From Longimicrobiales bacterium (GTDB lineage: Bacteria; Gemmatimonadota; Gemmatimonadetes; Longimicrobiales; Gaopeijiaceae): a stretch of DNA of 64,000 bases. The position numbers and the translations under genes were made by a program. The DNA is taken from the NCBI GenBank assembly GCA_965218295.1, contig CBDCKN010000006.1:1-64000 (forward strand), in the 5' to 3' direction. Under the pieces are notes generated by a model that had not been told where the DNA came from, did not search any database, and saw nothing but the letters and a program-made list of their open reading frames with translations. Positions 62,269 to 64,000 of this stretch are shown in pieces (the first letter of the stretch is position 1; each line of letters starts with the position of its first letter).

Positions 62269-63923
62269 TAGTTCCAGATGCCCCTGAAGAGCCTCAGTCC
62301 GAACTCGATGCGCTCCGTCTTGGGCGTGAGCCCTCCGCTACCCGACACGCCCCTGCGAAACAGGAATCGGGCCTCCATGGGGCGACCTCGACCACTCCGT
62401 AACGTGGAGTAGACGACACCGATTCCGACCTCGAGCATGCTCTGTTCGGTCTCGAGCTCGAGGAGCGCGACGTCCAGGGGCGAGGGCACAGCTTCGTCGG
62501 CGACGAGGGATTCGTAAGTGTCTGCTCCCTTGGAGAAGGTCCGTACGTCGAAGGCGATGGCCATCTCCTCGGTGAGCTGGAAGCGCGGGGTCAGGCGGAG
62601 ATGGACGTAGTTGCCGGGGGTCCAGCGGACGAGCTGCCTCGCCGCGAGGGGCGCGAAGATACGGTCCGGGGCGGCGATGCGGCGCGTCACGAGGGTCGAG
62701 GCGGCCAGTCCGTACCGTACCTCTCCCCAGAGTCCCAGCCGGCCCCCGCTCAAACCACCGAACAAGCTCACCTCCAGGTCCTGTTGGCCGTCGCCGTTCC
62801 CCGTGTCCACGAAGTCGTCGGACGAGTCGGTCTGCCCTATGCCCAAGCGAACGAGGGCTCCCGCGCCGACCTGGTAGGTGGGGCCCGAAGGCGGCTCGTC
62901 CGTCTCGCCGCCCGGCGGAGAGCCCCAGAGCCGCACGTTGGCGTAGAGCTCCACGTCGCCCATCTCCCACGGACTGCGCCACGAGCCGAACGGCTCGCCG
63001 ACCACCCCGTATCCCGGGTCCGTAACAAGCCTCCCGTACTCATCCTCGGCGAGGAGCTGCGTCGCCAGAGGAACGCGGGCCGGAAAGGAGACGCCCAGCG
63101 CCTGATGCACGTCCGTGAGGGCCTGGACTCGGGACTGAAGGGCGTCGCCCGTGGCGGTGCCGTCCAGGGGGAAGACTCCCTGGGATGCGAGAGCGCCGAG
63201 AAGCGCCTGCCGAAACACCTGGCCTTCCGCGAGAAGCGAAGAGGCATCGATGCAGCCCGATGCCGTCGGGTCCGCCGAGCACTGGTCATCGGCGAGGGCC
63301 GTGAGACTCGCCTCGGCGAGGGCGAGGCCCCCCAGGAAGTCTTCCACGGCGCTCGGATCGCTGACGGAGGGTGTGAGCCCCGCGTTGGCTCCGTCTCCGC
63401 GGAATGTCCAGGCCACCTCCGCCCGCCGGCGGGAGAAGGGGACCATGCCGCCGACGCTGAGCCAGTCGAACACCCCGAGGTCCACACGGATTGGAAGCCA
63501 CACGGCGTCCCGCGTCACCACTGCTCTGGTCGATCCGAGCACCAGTGGCGCGACAGGCCCGCCTGTTGCCGTCTCGAGGTTTCGCTCGAGGGCTTCCAGT
63601 CCGGGAAACAGCCTCGTGCCCACCGCCGCGTCCGAGAAATCGAAGCCGAGCGGCTCCTCTTCGTCGATGAGGGTCCCGCCCTCCGTCCGCTCCCCGAACC
63701 TCGTGTCGGCGTAGAGGTAGAGCGCACTGACCTCGACGCGGAGGCGACCGGGTGGGATGAGGGGTCCGGAGACCTCCTGCGCTGCGACAAGAGCCGAGCC
63801 GAGGGCCGGAGAAAGGACCATGTGGAGCGCCAAGAATATCGGGAGGCCGAGAGCACCGAAGGGCATGCTCTTCCGACCTGGTCCGAGCTTTCTGATGGGA
63901 CCGCGTACGACAGTCACCCTCAT
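62268..63923 (-). CDS. Hypothetical exported protein, probable outer membrane beta-barrel (start may be 63866)
   Basis: Signal-peptide-like N terminus; amphipathic beta strands; ends IEFGLRLFRGIWN. Confidence 0.75.
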   Translation of the reverse strand: MRVTVVRGPIRKLGPGRKSMPFGALGLPIFLALHMVLSPALGSALVAAQEVSGPLIPPGRLRVEVSALYLYADTRFGERTEGGTLIDEEEPLGFDFSDAAVGTRLFPGLEALERNLETATGGPVAPLVLGSTRAVVTRDAVWLPIRVDLGVFDWLSVGGMVPFSRRRAEVAWTFRGDGANAGLTPSVSDPSAVEDFLGGLALAEASLTALADDQCSADPTASGCIDASSLLAEGQVFRQALLGALASQGVFPLDGTATGDALQSRVQALTDVHQALGVSFPARVPLATQLLAEDEYGRLVTDPGYGVVGEPFGSWRSPWEMGDVELYANVRLWGSPPGGETDEPPSGPTYQVGAGALVRLGIGQTDSSDDFVDTGNGDGQQDLEVSLFGGLSGGRLGLWGEVRYGLAASTLVTRRIAAPDRIFAPLAARQLVRWTPGNYVHLRLTPRFQLTEEMAIAFDVRTFSKGADTYESLVADEAVPSPLDVALLELETEQSMLEVGIGVVYSTLRSGRGRPMEARFLFRRGVSGSGGLTPKTERIEFGLRLFRGIWN

Positions 63924-64000
63924 GCGGCGCGAGCGCTCCTCGATGTAGTGGCACTTCTGTCGCTGAACGGCCCCGGGGGCCCGGACACGGCTGGTAACAT

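Overview
GC-rich bacterial chromosomal window. Gene order and protein style suggest Gemmatimonadota (inference, not verified). The left ~29 kb is accessory and visibly eroding. It holds a DinB gene and an AhpD/CMD-like gene with an in-frame TGA in a CxxU motif plus a SECIS-like hairpin (probable selenoprotein), followed by MBL hydrolase, family-5 UDG, GGDEF proteins, amidohydrolase, NMO, MATE, an M16 peptidase with a membrane tail, rmlC and murB. It also holds a decaying TolC/adaptor/ABC locus with a sigma54 two-component system, SCO and a broken GspE/PilB-REC gene. The right ~35 kb is core: porin, secDF-tatD-mutL-miaA-bshA-uppP-birA-coaX, CIRCE-groESL, thrS, infC-rpmI-rplT, pheST-zapBA-rny-folD-xseAB-ispA-dxs-nadK-recN. 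Mobile DNA comprises two near-identical IS256-family copies with 8-bp target duplications and seven copies of a palindromic, TA-flanked MITE family (IS630-like ends, two terminal-repeat types), several sitting on stop codons. The long MITEs carry nested 26-32 nt REP-like hairpin modules; comparing two copies shows one module in place of 5 nt, with no target duplication. A short hpnH-like remnant and a probable non-AUG infC start behind an attenuator-like leader are also visible. Some single-base frameshifts may be assembly errors.
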